The notes: generated by a model from the sequence alone, not told the origin. A DNA stretch of 64,000 nt from Octopus sinensis (GCF_006345805.1 NC_043006.1:94116001-94180000), one strand, 5' to 3'. Positions 26,574-39,253 are shown, counted from the stretch's first letter. Translations and numbers: made by a program.

Positions 26574-26670
26574 CTTTCTTTCTTGCTTTTGGTGATCTTT
26601 CACATAAGGCCAGCACCACCAAACAGAAACACAATAACAGAGAAATCCAGTATTTCTTTGGTATCAACAT
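26574..26670 (-). CDS. FGFR: FGFR-family Ig receptor, first coding exon (signal peptide MLIPKKYWISLLLCFCLVVLALCERSPKARKK)
   Basis: ATG in ACAAAA-ATG context, hydrophobic signal peptide, phase-1 donor G|GTACGT at 26573. Acceptor TTTATTTCAG| at 26906 suggests the exon spans 26905-26574 including 5'UTR. Splices in frame to the next exon. Symbol is family-level only (FGFR vs FGFRL unresolved). Confidence 0.85.
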
Positions 26671-27525
26671 TTTTGTCTTTTATAGCTCGATATAGGTACG
26701 GATATACTTATATTCTGTGTTTATGTATGTATATATATATAAATATATATATTGTCTTTTAATTACGGCTATTTTTGAGATAGTTCCAGTTTCGGTTATA
26801 CGATTTATCGTATGCTACTTTGGTTTGTCAGAAGTTAGAAGAAATCCAAAGAAGGGACAGCAAAGCAGACAGACGGCGTGAAATGGTTATTCCATCATTG
26901 ACATTCTGAAATAAATATGAGAGACGATTAGTAAAGTGAATGTATATACACACATACATGTATACACCCCCCACACACATATACATATAAAATTAACAAA
27001 AACGCAATAGAGGACGGTAAAACATTCGGACAAATGAACGATACAAAAGCAGACAGGAGACACAATAATTAGAAGGACAGGGGAAAAGGACCGGTCATTC
27101 GTGACCTCTCTTCAGTCAACTTACCAGATGTCCTTACTGTTTCGGGCAACATATATATGCAAGCACACACAAACACACAACCAGACAGATTGACAGACAG
27201 ACACACACACACACACACATACATACACAGTGAGTTATACAATTATACAATCAGACATATACAACTGCTTAAATATAGACATAAATTTTTCACGCTCTAC
27301 AATATTAATCCCGAAACGTTACACATGAGTAGATATCTATATGAAATACAACGTTTCGGATAGAGTCCTTCTTCAAAGAAAATTGATAGAAGGGAAACCA
27401 CAGAAAAACTCTGTCAAAAACGTCGGATTTTCCACTTGCCACGGCTAATTCACGGCATTGTTTTTGTCAAATTTTTAAAATGAAAAACTCTTGCCAATGC
27501 AAACCAACACTAGCTGTATATGCGC

Positions 27526-27569
<44 letters not shown>

Positions 27570-27579
27570 GCACGCACAT

Positions 27580-27610
<31 letters not shown>

Positions 27611-27829
27611 AATCTGCAAGAGAGCACAATGAAGTAGATTTAATGCGATATCACTCAACATCTTAACGTATAGAGTAGATGAATAAAAACAAAATGAAAT
27701 GAAAAACATATACATGGGGATCTTTTGTGTGTGTGTTTGTGTGTGCACGCGCGCACGTGTATGTGTTGCCCAATCAGGACAATCGCGGGACAGCGATCTC
27801 TCCCTAATTTCAACCCCATTCCAAATGTA

Positions 27830-28250
27830 CAAGCGCATATTTAAAAAAGGCCGACTGAGCAAGCCAAGCACTGCTCTCTTCATTCCTACATTTCTTTTCA
27901 CGTGTGACCTGAAAATGGCGAAGTCTTCAGCAGAAACAGCAGCTCTCTTTTCTCAGTCACTCAGTTTTGTATACCACACTATATCCTTTGCCACACCCAC
28001 CAAACGAGATCTGTTTATCCTTCCCTGTCAAAGAAATGTCACAGAGCGATATTCCATGATGGACTCCGCTAATACCGGGATCCATCGAACATTCGATAAA
28101 AGATCATATATTTATCAGAGTAGAGGAACATGGTCTATAGATTCACTCATCAAGTGCATGACTGGTAAACTATATGGATTACTTAACAAATCATCACCGA
28201 AAATACTTTGGCGAAGAGACTCTTCAAGTGAGAACACCTTCGAATTTGCA
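27830..28250 (-). mobile_element. Degenerate L1/Tx1-like ORF2 C-terminal remnant
   Basis: Minus frames give ESIDHVPLL* (eroded CCHC knuckle) and LVGVAKDIVWYTKL...FRSHVKRNV, with many stops. Confidence 0.45.
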
Positions 28251-28574
28251 GAAACGTAAAGACACCAGACAAAATGCTTAGCGGCACAGTCAGGGCGGAG
28301 CCGACATTGCCTTTCATCTATTTGCTACGATAAAGCATGTACCTTTCGGTTACTGGGTCCACGTCGTTGAATATCCACTTCCCAATCAAATTTTAGGTTT
28401 TGTGCGAGGGGATCAACGATCACCAATCAACCGCAGAACTTTACGCTTTCCTTTTAAAGGTGGTGGTCGTTAGAATCTTTATTATGCTTAGATTCTTTTC
28501 TTTATACATTCACAATAAAGATGATTATATGAAAGGAATAGATTTAGTTATCTCATTTTCATCTTATTGTTTGC

Positions 28575-28965
28575 GTGTTTCAGTCTTTAGACTGCGGCCA
28601 TGCTAGGGCACCGCCTTGATCAATTTTTTTAGTCGCATGAATCGACCCCAGGGCTTATATGTTTCTAAAGCTTGGCATTTATTCTATCGGCCTCGTTTGT
28701 CGAACATCTAAGTTACGGGGACGTAAGCGCACCAACACCGGTTGTCAAGAAGTGTGTGGGGGGGGGGCGGTGGTGATGGTGAACAGACACAAACACACAC
28801 ACACATATATTAGGACAGGCTTCTTTCAGTTTCCGCCTACAAAATCCATCACAAGACTTTGGTCGGGCCGAGGCTCTTGTAGAAGGCACTTGCCCAAGGT
28901 GCCTCGCAGTGGGTCTGAACGCAGAATCAATGTGCTTAGGAAGCAAGCTTCTTACTGCAATGCCA
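28575..28965 (-). mobile_element. SINE family A (diverged)
   Basis: Reverse-complement similarity to the 4892 copy. Confidence 0.75.
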
Positions 28966-29348
28966 CGCATAATTAAATCTATTGTGGGCTGGGCTGAGCT
29001 GAGCAAGGGTGGGCTGAGCTGAGCAAGGGTGGACTAAGCTGAGCTGGGCTGAGCTGAGCTGAGCAGGGCTGGGTTAGTGATTGATCAGGTAGAACTGACG
29101 GAATTGATGATCTGGAATGACAATTCTGAGGAGACGATTTTTTTTTCCTTTATAGTTGATTTTAATTTTATTGATCGTGGTTGGTCGATTAGTAAGGTTT
29201 ATTTCAGCGAGATTACATCTGAGGGATTTAGATGGCTGTAACAGCATAAAACTAGATCGGGGGCTGAATTTATGTAGGGACGATGATGTAAATTAAGGGG
29301 TTAAGGGAAAAAAAAATTAGATATTTCCTTCCAAGATATAAATATAAA

Positions 29349-29413
<65 letters not shown>

Positions 29414-29519
29414 CACACACACACACACACCACAACACACATATATATATATATATATAATATATATATATATAGATGTAGATATATAGAGACAGGCAGA
29501 CGGACAGATAGATAGATGA

Positions 29520-29589
<70 letters not shown>

Positions 29590-29799
29590 TATAGAGAAAT
29601 AGGTAGTGGTATGCTACAAGAAAGTGAGAGGGGACATGCAAGGGAGACAGAGGGAGAGAGCATATGCAAGGGAGAGAGAGGGAAAAATAAAAAAGAAAAA
29701 GAGTTAATGAGAAGAAGAGTGTGCTGAAAGTTGGGGGAGACATAGAAAAACAAACACACAGACAAGCATTATGAGTACATGTGTTCGTGTGTATGTCTC

Positions 29800-29834
<35 letters not shown>

Positions 29835-29844
<10 letters not shown>

Positions 29845-30224
29845 AAAGTCAGTTGTGTGTCTGTCTCCTATGATTTAGATTCCTAACTACTCCCCATTTT
29901 GCGGTGCAGTTTAACCAAAACCGGTTGATCTATAGTCGTGATTCATATCGAGCCTTCTGGGTATTAGCGGCGTCTACGATGAGTCTACGATTTAAAAAAA
30001 AATTTACCATCATTTTTTTCCATTTCAATGCATTTTTTTCGCTATTATATAAGGGAAGTAACTCTCTAAAAATGTCTACGATGAGTCAACGATTTAGAAA
30101 AAAAATTTACTATCATTTTTTTCCATTTTTAATGCATTTTTTTGCTTTTTTTGGCTATAACTCTAAAAATGCTTATATAGTTATTTCCCTTACAAACACG
30201 AGCAACGCCGGGCGATACTGCTAG
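29835..30224 (+). mobile_element. Non-autonomous Helitron-like element
   Basis: Starts in ...ATATAAAAG, has a subterminal GC hairpin (CGAGCAACGCCGGG) and ends CTAG followed by T. No TIR or TSD. Confidence 0.6.
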
Positions 30225-30245
30225 TATATATATATATATATATAT

Positions 30246-30313
<68 letters not shown>

Positions 30314-31355
30314 ATGTGTGTGTACATGTTTTCACATATTAGTGTACATGTACGTACGTGTATTACGTAGATAATATGTGAGCATGTGTATAAATGCATG
30401 TGTGTGTGTGTATACATATGTGTATTAAGACATCAAAGCTATTCCGAAACGAAAGCAGAAACTGTAACAATGCAGTAATGGTTAATTTAGTTTTCATCTG
30501 TTAGGGAGATAATGTTGTAGGTTTTGAGGTAACGATAACGAAGGTGGTGGTGATGGCTGCAGCGGTGGTGGGGATGATGGAAGAAGAGGACGAGGAAAAG
30601 GAGATAAATGGTAGTAGTGGTGCAGGTGTGATAGCGATGGGAGAACGAGGGTGCAGGATGCTGTGGTGCGGATCTAATGACGAAAAAAGCTGTAGCAGCA
30701 GTGGGGAAGTGGACGATATGGTGGTGGTGGTGGTGGTGGTGGTAGAGGTGAAGGTGGTCTTTACACGTCAGCTTCACATCAGCGCTGATCGAGCAAATCT
30801 AAGATCAAAGAAACTCCAAACGTGACCATCTCGTCATGCTTGGAGGAAAGCGAGGTTTCTAATATGCACTACTTATTTATCCAATGTGTCTTTCAATGAA
30901 TGTGATTTCAGAGAGATTTGGCTGATGTTTCTAGCAAAACGAACGGCAACTCCTTCATTATGTCGTGATGGTCATGGTTAGTGGAGATGTTGTGGTGGTG
31001 GTGGTGGCGATGAACTGGATGTCACGATGGTGTCGGAGAGGATGTAGGGGTGATGTGGTGGCAGTAATTGTGATCGGAGAGGGGTCTGTGGAATCCAAAC
31101 AAATACTTATAGAGCAATGGTTACCATAAAGCCGTAGACACATAATGCAGGGGCACGGACAAACAGACAGACACGCTTTCACATACACACATACACACGA
31201 TAACAAATGAGCATCTACATTCGCACGCACATACAAAAATGCATACACATACATACACACTCAGGCATGTACAGATGTATAAAAATGGTGAACTAAAAGA
31301 AAGTTACAAACACACACAATATTTACTGTTTCTCTCTCTCACACACACATATGCA

Positions 31356-31468
<113 letters not shown>

Positions 31469-31508
31469 TTCTATAGCTATCTCTATCAATCAATACACAC
31501 ACACATAC

Positions 31509-31568
<60 letters not shown>

Positions 31569-32297
31569 CACATATGTATGTATTTAATATAAACGTATAT
31601 ATGTAGCTATATATGATTTATATGTGTATTAAACATACAATGTGTACGCGTATGCGCATACATACATACAGAGAGAGAGAGAGAGGAGAGAGAAGTAGAG
31701 ATGTGGAGGAGAATAACGACAAAGGAGACACGAAAAGATAGTAAATATATCAGATTGAAAGGGAAAATATTTACTAATACACAAAATAAAAAATAAAAAA
31801 AAACAAAACCACCACCACCATTACCACTACCATTGCAACTAAAATCACTACCAACAACAACAAGACGACAACAGTAACAAGAACAACACTAAAAGATTAG
31901 CAACAACAAGAAGCAAGCAGCCAACTTTTATACAACACTATATTATATTGTATTCATAAAGTATAATAACCACCGGAATCAGATGAATAACAGCAGTCGC
32001 AAAACTAATGAAAGCGTTATGCGAAATGGTAATATATAAACGCAGAACAACAAGAACAACAACTGTAATGATAATAATACCGACAATAAAACAAGGTGAG
32101 ATTAAAAGAAAAAAAAATCAAATGAGATACAAAAAAATGAAGACAAATTGATAAAACTAATGAAAACAAATAAAGGAAAAATCTGCAAACGAAAAGCAAA
32201 GTACACAGAAACGAAATGAAAAATAAGATACAGTCAATCTCTAAATGACGGTGGTGGTGGTGATGATGATGATGATGATGATGATGATGGGGTGGTG

Positions 32298-32328
<31 letters not shown>

Positions 32329-32688
32329 CGGTAGTGATGGTAAATCATAGACGTTTGAATAAGCGAAGAATAAAATATATAAATGTAAAATTATAAAAAA
32401 TAATAATAAAATAAAACCTTAGAAAAGTAAAACAAGAAAAAAAAACAAACAAACGACACCCGGTCAAATGATGATGGTGATAATGATGACGATGATGACG
32501 ATGATGATGATGATAATGTTGACGATGATGATGATGATGATGATTTGTTTGATAATAGTGACACTTTTAATCATAAAATAATAATGATAGTGGTAATAAT
32601 AGTAAATATAATAATAATGTTGATGGTGATGATGATACTGCTACCGCTGATGATGATAATAATAATATTAATAATAATAACACATTAC

Positions 32689-33112
32689 CTAACACTGAGT
32701 ATTTGTTTGTGTGCGATTTATTTCTATGTTTAAAAAAACAAAGGGAAACACTTTTCCCCCAAACAAACAAATTTATAAATAAAACAGAACAAACAAACAA
32801 CGACGAGGATAAACAATGACAACAATAATAAAAACAAAAACAACAATGAATAACATCAACAAAAGTTTTCGCCACACACATTCACACACACAAAAAAAAA
32901 ACATAAGCCTCCAACGAAACACTAATTTACTAATTTCAACTGTGAACTTTTAACACGCAAAGTTAAAAACAAAATGGCGTCGACGTTGGAGTTAAACGAA
33001 GTGTCTGATTGGTTGGTTTGATTGATTGGTTGTTTAGTTGGTTTGAAGACTTCCACTCTGTCTGAACTCATCCTCCTCCTCGCCACCACCGTCACAATTC
33101 CCGCCTCCGCCT
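32689..33112 (-). promoter_or_regulatory. Candidate promoter and non-coding first exon of the FGFR-like gene
   Basis: On minus: GC box (GGCGGAGGCGGG), two CCAATC boxes, YY1-like CGCCATTTTG, then a donor AG|GTAATG at 32688. Inferred from motifs only. Confidence 0.4.
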
Positions 33113-33500
33113 TCTATTGAATTTAAGCTGTCAACGAAACCCTGGCTATAAACATTGGTTTATGAATGGACATTTAAAACTCAGCAGCTATTTATTTGAT
33201 TAAAGCAACAATTTGTTTTAACACAAAGCGAAAGCAAAATGAACAGAAATCAAGCATCATTCAAGAGGGAGGCTCGAGACACATACACAAACATTAATGT
33301 GTGTGTGTGTGCGTGCGTGTAACTATCAATATACATATGCTTTTATATTTTTGTTTCAGTCATTTGACTGCGGCCATACTGGAGCGCAGCTTTTAGTCGA
33401 ACAAATCGCGCCGCTCGATCAAGCGATCGCAAGTGCTACTGCCTAGCCACTAGGCCATGCGCCTTTATACATACATATACATATATATATATATATATAT

Positions 33501-33578
<78 letters not shown>

Positions 33579-33629
33579 GTATAGGAAAGAATGGAGCTGA
33601 ACGAAGATTTAACAAAATTCCTTTATTTT

Positions 33630-33715
33630 ATTTTCGACATATGTTTCGAAGTCTGCAAAGTCACTAATTCCGATTGAATAAGGAGTCCATTATGCAGCTT
33701 TCTCTTCAGGAAAAT
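33630..33715 (-). ncRNA. Type I hammerhead ribozyme, canonical core
   Basis: AUUUUC-CUGAAGA-[GAAAGCUGCA...UGCAGACUUC]-GAAAC-AUAU-GUC|-GAAAAU: 6-bp stem I, long stem II, palindromic stem III. Confidence 0.85.
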
Positions 33716-33749
33716 CCAGGAACTTATATACACATATTATATACACATA

Positions 33750-34158
33750 GTAGCAGCTAAGCCCGGTTTCACCCGGTCTGTTTGGATGATGTGGCTGTGG
33801 TCGTTTTCCGGTCAGGCATAATCTATAACAGCGTTTCTCAACCTTATCATTCCGGGTCCCTGTTTCGATTGGACCCTCCAGCTTTATGAAAATTTCCTGA
33901 CCCCATCCCATCAGAAAACAGCTTCTAAGCAACTGGTTGTTTTAATGGTGGAAGAAAGAGGGGAATTCCATTAGAAAAAGTTTTAATCGGTTTTCTCGGT
34001 AAGTATGGATGCTAGAAAAAAATACAAACCGCATTCCAATCTATACACCCGTCTGCACATGTGTGCCATTCTTCACGCGAATCCACCCAGCCGTTTGGCT
34101 GTGAACCTCAAGTCAAGAAAGAATACAACGATCGCCCATGTCCAATTTATATTATAGA
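33750..34158 (-). mobile_element. Non-autonomous Helitron-like element
   Basis: Minus 5' end A|TCTATAATATAAA, 3' hairpin CCGGGTGAAACCGGG then CTGCTAC|T (eroded CTAG). Confidence 0.55.
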
Positions 34159-34980
34159 TATAACACACACACACGCGCTATGATTAGCGATGCCAGCAAA
34201 GCTGCCGTTATTGGTCTTGCTATTAACGCTGTTTGAAATGTCAATTATTTTCTCCTGTGTTACACTGTAATTGCATGATGTCTTCACGTATTGAATAGTA
34301 TCGATATAATATTGAAATTTCTTGTTTGGAGGCGTAGTTGGAGCTATCTTCTTTGTTGCTGTTACATTTTCTATTTCTACAAAAGAAACCGTGCAACAAT
34401 TAGTGATATATAGTAAGCCTCTTAAACGTGGATATTTCGTAGGAACGGACATTAAGTGCTATTTTTAATCTCAGCAGGACACGACAACATCACTTCTCAA
34501 AATAGTTACTATTTTCATCCCTTATGGAGGTCGTCTAACTCGCTAATTTGTTTGCTGCCAGATCAGTGGCTGTGTGTCGCTTGTTTTCTGTATAATGCGA
34601 GCTGGATTGAACTACCCCTATCACTAGCGGACGAATATCTACCACCACGGATGATCACAGAGAGGTCGAAACCGTACAGTCGGGTGGTTTCGTGGCTGGA
34701 AATTGGTAGGGGTTCACCCCACTGCTTACAATATGTATTGGGTGCAGATTGCATCGAATAGCCAACTGGTGGAGGCGTTTCCCAGGATTAAAACAGCAGT
34801 AAAGTCGGGTCCTACGGAACAGCCACGTTGGAGTGGCGACAAACCTTACTTCTCTGTATAGTTAATGCTTTCATCTCTTATACAAATTTTCTAACTCGCT
34901 AATTTAATTGTTATACATACATACATACATACATACATACATACATAAATACATACGTACATATGTTTGTGTGTGTGTAT

Positions 34981-35027
<47 letters not shown>

Positions 35028-35035
35028 TTTTCATT

Positions 35036-35396
35036 GTTTTATTTGTTTCAGTCATTTCACCGCGGCCATGCTGGAGCATCGCCTTTAGTCGAACAAATCG
35101 ACCCCATGACTTATTCTTTGGAAGCCTAGTACTTATTCAATCGGTCGCTTTTGCCGAACCGCTTGCTTACGGGGACGTAAGCACACAGACATCAATTGTC
35201 AAGCGATGGTGGGGGCACAAATACACACACATACAACGAGCTTCTTTCAGTTTCCGTCTACCAAATCCACTCACAAGACTTTGATCGGCCCGAGGCTATA
35301 GTAGAAGACGTTCGCCCAAGGTGCCACGCAGTGGGACTGAACCCGGAACCATGTGGTTGGGAAGCGAGCTACTTAGCACACAGCCACTCCTGCGCC
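35036..35396 (-). mobile_element. SINE family A (full length)
   Basis: Reverse complement of the 4892 copy, ending CAGCCACTCCTGCGCC on plus. Confidence 0.85.
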
Positions 35397-35502
35397 TATA
35401 AGCCACTCTCGTGGTGGCTATATATATTATATATATACACACACACGCACACTTATCAATAAATATGCAAATATGTATAGAAATGCACACACACACACAC
35501 AC

Positions 35503-35536
<34 letters not shown>

Positions 35537-35614
35537 CATACACATATAATGTATATATATATATATATATCATACATACATACATACTTACATACATATA
35601 TATATAATATATAT

Positions 35615-35656
<42 letters not shown>

Positions 35657-35660
<4 letters not shown>

Positions 35661-36490
35661 AAGGGTTTGGGGGAGTTGAATCTTTAGTGAGTTGGGTATC
35701 ACAAAGAGGGAGGGTGGTGGGTGCAAAAGGTAGTAAAAGAGTAAAAATTACAAAAGAGTAAAAATTTTTAAATATATAAAAAAGATATAAGAATATAAAA
35801 ATACATAAGAATATAAAAGAAAGGTATCTAAGTATATAAATATATAAATCAATATATAAATGTATAAATATATAAATACACACAGACGTGAAAAAAAACA
35901 TGGTAATATAAATAAGTAGAGATATCTTTATCTCTACTTATTTATATTACCATGTTTTTTTTCACGTCTGTGTGTATTTATATATTTATACATTTATATA
36001 TTGATGAGTAAGATACCTTTTTTATATTCTTATATCTTTTTTATATATTTTTTAATTTTTACTCTTTTACTACCTTTTGCACCCACCACCCTCCCTCTTT
36101 GTGATCCCTAACTCACTAAAGATTTACCCCCCCAACCCCTTCCCTCTCTATCTCAACATCCAAACTTCCTCATTCTACATCGAGTGAAAGACGGGATGGA
36201 CGCTTCGTTTTTGTGCTGGTGCCCCACTCTGTCGTACGCGACTATGAGGAGTTGCATCCCCAACGTAAAACTTATAATGTAATACATGTCCTTGAAGTAG
36301 TAATTGTATGCGGCTGAAGAAGGCCATAGACACACATTATGCATTGTTATAAAACCGTCTAATAAAGGCCCGAAACATATGTACCGCTGAATCCTTGGCA
36401 TCATGTTTTTATTTTGATTAATATACTCTATCACCTACACCACTAAATGGTATAAACAGGTGCTTACAATTATCAAGTATTCACCCTGAA
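35657..36490 (+). mobile_element. Foldback-headed, hammerhead-bearing element in (TA)n
   Basis: Inverted repeat 35657-35924 / 35929-36145 (4-nt loop, some indels), followed by the HHR at 36310-36387. Confidence 0.6.
36310..36387 (+). ncRNA. Type I hammerhead ribozyme, canonical core
   Basis: GCGG-CUGAAGA-[AGGCC AUAGAC...GUCUA..GGCCC]-GAAAC-AUAU-GUA|-CCGC. The first stem II pair is an A-C mismatch. Confidence 0.75.
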
Positions 36491-36526
36491 TTTATATATA
36501 TATATATATAATATATATATTTATTT

Positions 36527-36676
36527 ATTTATTTTATAGAAGAACTTCTACAGGACTAGAACTGTTTCATTCAAAAGAAATCATCAGGAAGTCCAAGTTT
36601 ATTCGTTGAGCTTCCTAATGATTTCTTTTGAATGAAACAGTTCTAGTCCTGTAGAAGCTCCTTCTATAAAATAAAT
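36527..36676. repeat. Inverted repeat (arms of about 65 bp, 19-nt loop)
   Basis: 36527-36591 vs 36611-36676. Confidence 0.85.
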
Positions 36677-36746
36677 TAATTTACTCTGCTATGTATTGAG
36701 TACCTTATTTACTGTGGTTAACCCCGACTCAACCCGGGACCTACAT

Positions 36747-36809
<63 letters not shown>

Positions 36810-36883
36810 ATATACAGATCGCCATGTTGATTCGCTAGCTTCTGCACGCATTTTTTTTGCTCTCCGTGTTTCTTTTCTGTGTA

Positions 36884-36921
36884 TCTTTCTGTTGAAGAGC
36901 GTAGGTTCGAAACGTAAAAGA
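36884..36921 (+). ncRNA. Hammerhead-like motif with U6 core variant
   Basis: UCUUU-CUGUUGA-A-GAGC(GUAG)GUUC-GAAA-CG-UA-AAAGA. Confidence 0.5.
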
Positions 36922-37028
36922 CTTGTTTTATTTATATTCCTGAGCGCCATACTAATACAATTGTTTGTTTGTATTCCACCTGCCTTCGTCTTTTGTTTAT
37001 TTTCATAAAGCTTCCCGTTATATATAAT

Positions 37029-37066
<38 letters not shown>

Positions 37067-37079
37067 TCTATATATTATC

Positions 37080-37115
<36 letters not shown>

Positions 37116-37134
37116 ACTGTGCTTGTGTGTGTAT

Positions 37135-37175
<41 letters not shown>

Positions 37176-38553
37176 TAAGATATATCCACATACATATATA
37201 GATAGGAGGTGTATGCATGTATGTTTATCGAATGTGCTATAAGTAATATTACATAATAAATCAAAATAAACCACAAAAGAAACATGTATATAAAAAAAGA
37301 ACTCGTTGAATTCATAAAACGTGAAACCTTGGCTCTTTCTCTAGCTTTAATCAAGAATGAGTGTATGATTGGTTATCGTTTATTAAAAAGCAACAGTTTT
37401 ATTTTCCCACGTTAAAAAATAAATGGGGAAATGGTAGTTATTTAAACTTCATTGCTCATTTGTTTTGCGGTGGTTGAAACATCGCAATCGCAAAGCCTAA
37501 TTCAAATTCTGGGAAAGAAGGAAAAGCTCGTTTTCGTGCTTCGAAGTCACTAACTGTAATTAAGGAGACCCAGTGGGATTGAAGCAGATCATGTTTTCTA
37601 GGCATGTGATTCTACGATTTACATGCTGAGGAACGAAGACAACAGTTCTTTTATTCGATAATACAGGAAGTCACACTCACTCTCACTGACACACACATAT
37701 AATCGCATGTGTCCACACGCACACACACACACGTGTGTGTGTATTTTCTGTTTGTCGTTATGTTCAACAGACTGAAGCCCTCAGTAAATTTTGAGAGCTA
37801 TATTTTATATCGTATATCTTAAATGCTTACTGACAACAACTTAACTTTTATGTTCCAGGAAAGATATTTGTCTAACGTTACCACAGACTTGCCTCGTCCC
37901 TCTCCAATCATCATACCGCTTTTTACAACACCACCCACGTGTATTTCTATACATACTCATACATATTACATATATGTGTGTGTGTGCTTGTGGATACACA
38001 CATTATATGTGTGTGTGTGCGTGCATATTAATCAATGTGAAATTATCAAGGATTATTTATATGTGGGCTTGGTCCCCCTCAGTCAGTCGACTGTATTTAG
38101 GGCAGGATAGAAAATAATAGGAAAGCACCACACAATGTCAGCAATGTAAAGAGTCAGTTGTTGACTATCTTGCCTCAAGAAGAATTTGTAAACCCATCGG
38201 AAGTCCAAGTTTATTCGTTGATTTTTTTATAAAAATGGAAAGATGGCTGTTGACGTTGAGTTTGTCTTTGAAGCTGTTTTGATAGTAATTTAAATAAGGA
38301 TCAAAGATTTTAACCCCTTCTTTACAGAGAAACCCACCATTGTTCGTCATCTGACTTTAAACACGCTCAAATTCTTCATTGAGATTCGCGAAAAGGACTT
38401 TCACTGATTGATGCATGGCAGCCGACAACCAACGTCTACGCAACTTACAAGTCGTAGATTATATTCTACTTTCCAAACGGAAACTCAGGCCTTTCGGTTG
38501 TAAAATTGCGAATTGGCCATCCATATTATTTATAATTCTCAATTTCATTATTT

Positions 38554-39037
38554 ACATTATTTACATTTATATCTGTCCTCATCTTGTTTGTTGTTAACAC
38601 AACGTTTCGGCTGATATACCCTCCAGCATTCATCAGGGCCATTTCGAACCTGGGTTCTCATTCCTAAGGTATTCTTCGATGATGTCATCATCATCATCAT
38701 CATTATTTTATGTTTGACTTTTGCCTTGCATTTGTACAAGTTGGTCCCAAGTCTCACCCAGAGACCTCAAGAGACAAGTTAGAAGTTCATGTTGTTATTA
38801 AGCCTAGGGTGCCATATATTTGGTTTTGGACTTAGTGTTGTTCTAGAGAATGTTTAAGAAACCATAAGAAAATTATGTGTTTGTTTTAAAATTTGAGATT
38901 ACATAGGGTTATTATTATTATTATTATTATTATTATATTATTATTATTATTATTTTATTATCCAGGTCACTGCTTGGAATTGATCTCAGAATCTTGGGGT
39001 TAGTACCCCGCGCTCTTAACCACTAGGCCATATGTCC
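38554..39037 (-). mobile_element. Second, longer copy of the tRNA-head/(AAT)n/hammerhead element
   Basis: Same head (39037-38961), (AAT)n, an extra internal segment, HHR and AT-rich tail as the 54286-54547 copy. Confidence 0.7.
38596..38638 (-). ncRNA. Damaged hammerhead motif, same family as 54336
   Basis: CUGAUGA-A-UGCUG...CAGCC-GAAACGUU-GUGUU. The 5' strand of stem I is disrupted by a short deletion. Confidence 0.55.
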
Positions 39038-39217
39038 AGCGTGTGATTTCAACAACGGAAATCTTCTAAACTAACAAGGCGAGTTATGTCTAGCCCTAGG
39101 CGCGGTGAAAGCCACTGATGAACATTAAAGGGAATGCGAAATCATTGATGATCTAGCAACGCGTGGATGTGGTACATGTAAAGTATTAGAAGACGCTCAG
39201 GGAAGGAAAGAAAGATG

Positions 39218-39253
39218 GTCTAACGTTTCGAGCAGACGCTCTTCTTCGGAAAC
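39218..39253 (-). ncRNA. Hammerhead-like motif with C4 core variant
   Basis: GUUU-CCGAAGA-A-GAGC(GUCU)GCUC-GAAA-CG-UU-AGAC. Confidence 0.45.

Noticed and set aside
27699-28259. 186-aa plus-strand ORF
   Set aside because: Starts in a (GT)n tract and has no recognisable domain; the opposite strand better fits an L1/Tx1 remnant.
39112-39150. CTGATGA...GAAA hammerhead-like string
   Set aside because: Stem II is partly possible, but stem I and the cleavage triplet cannot be formed.
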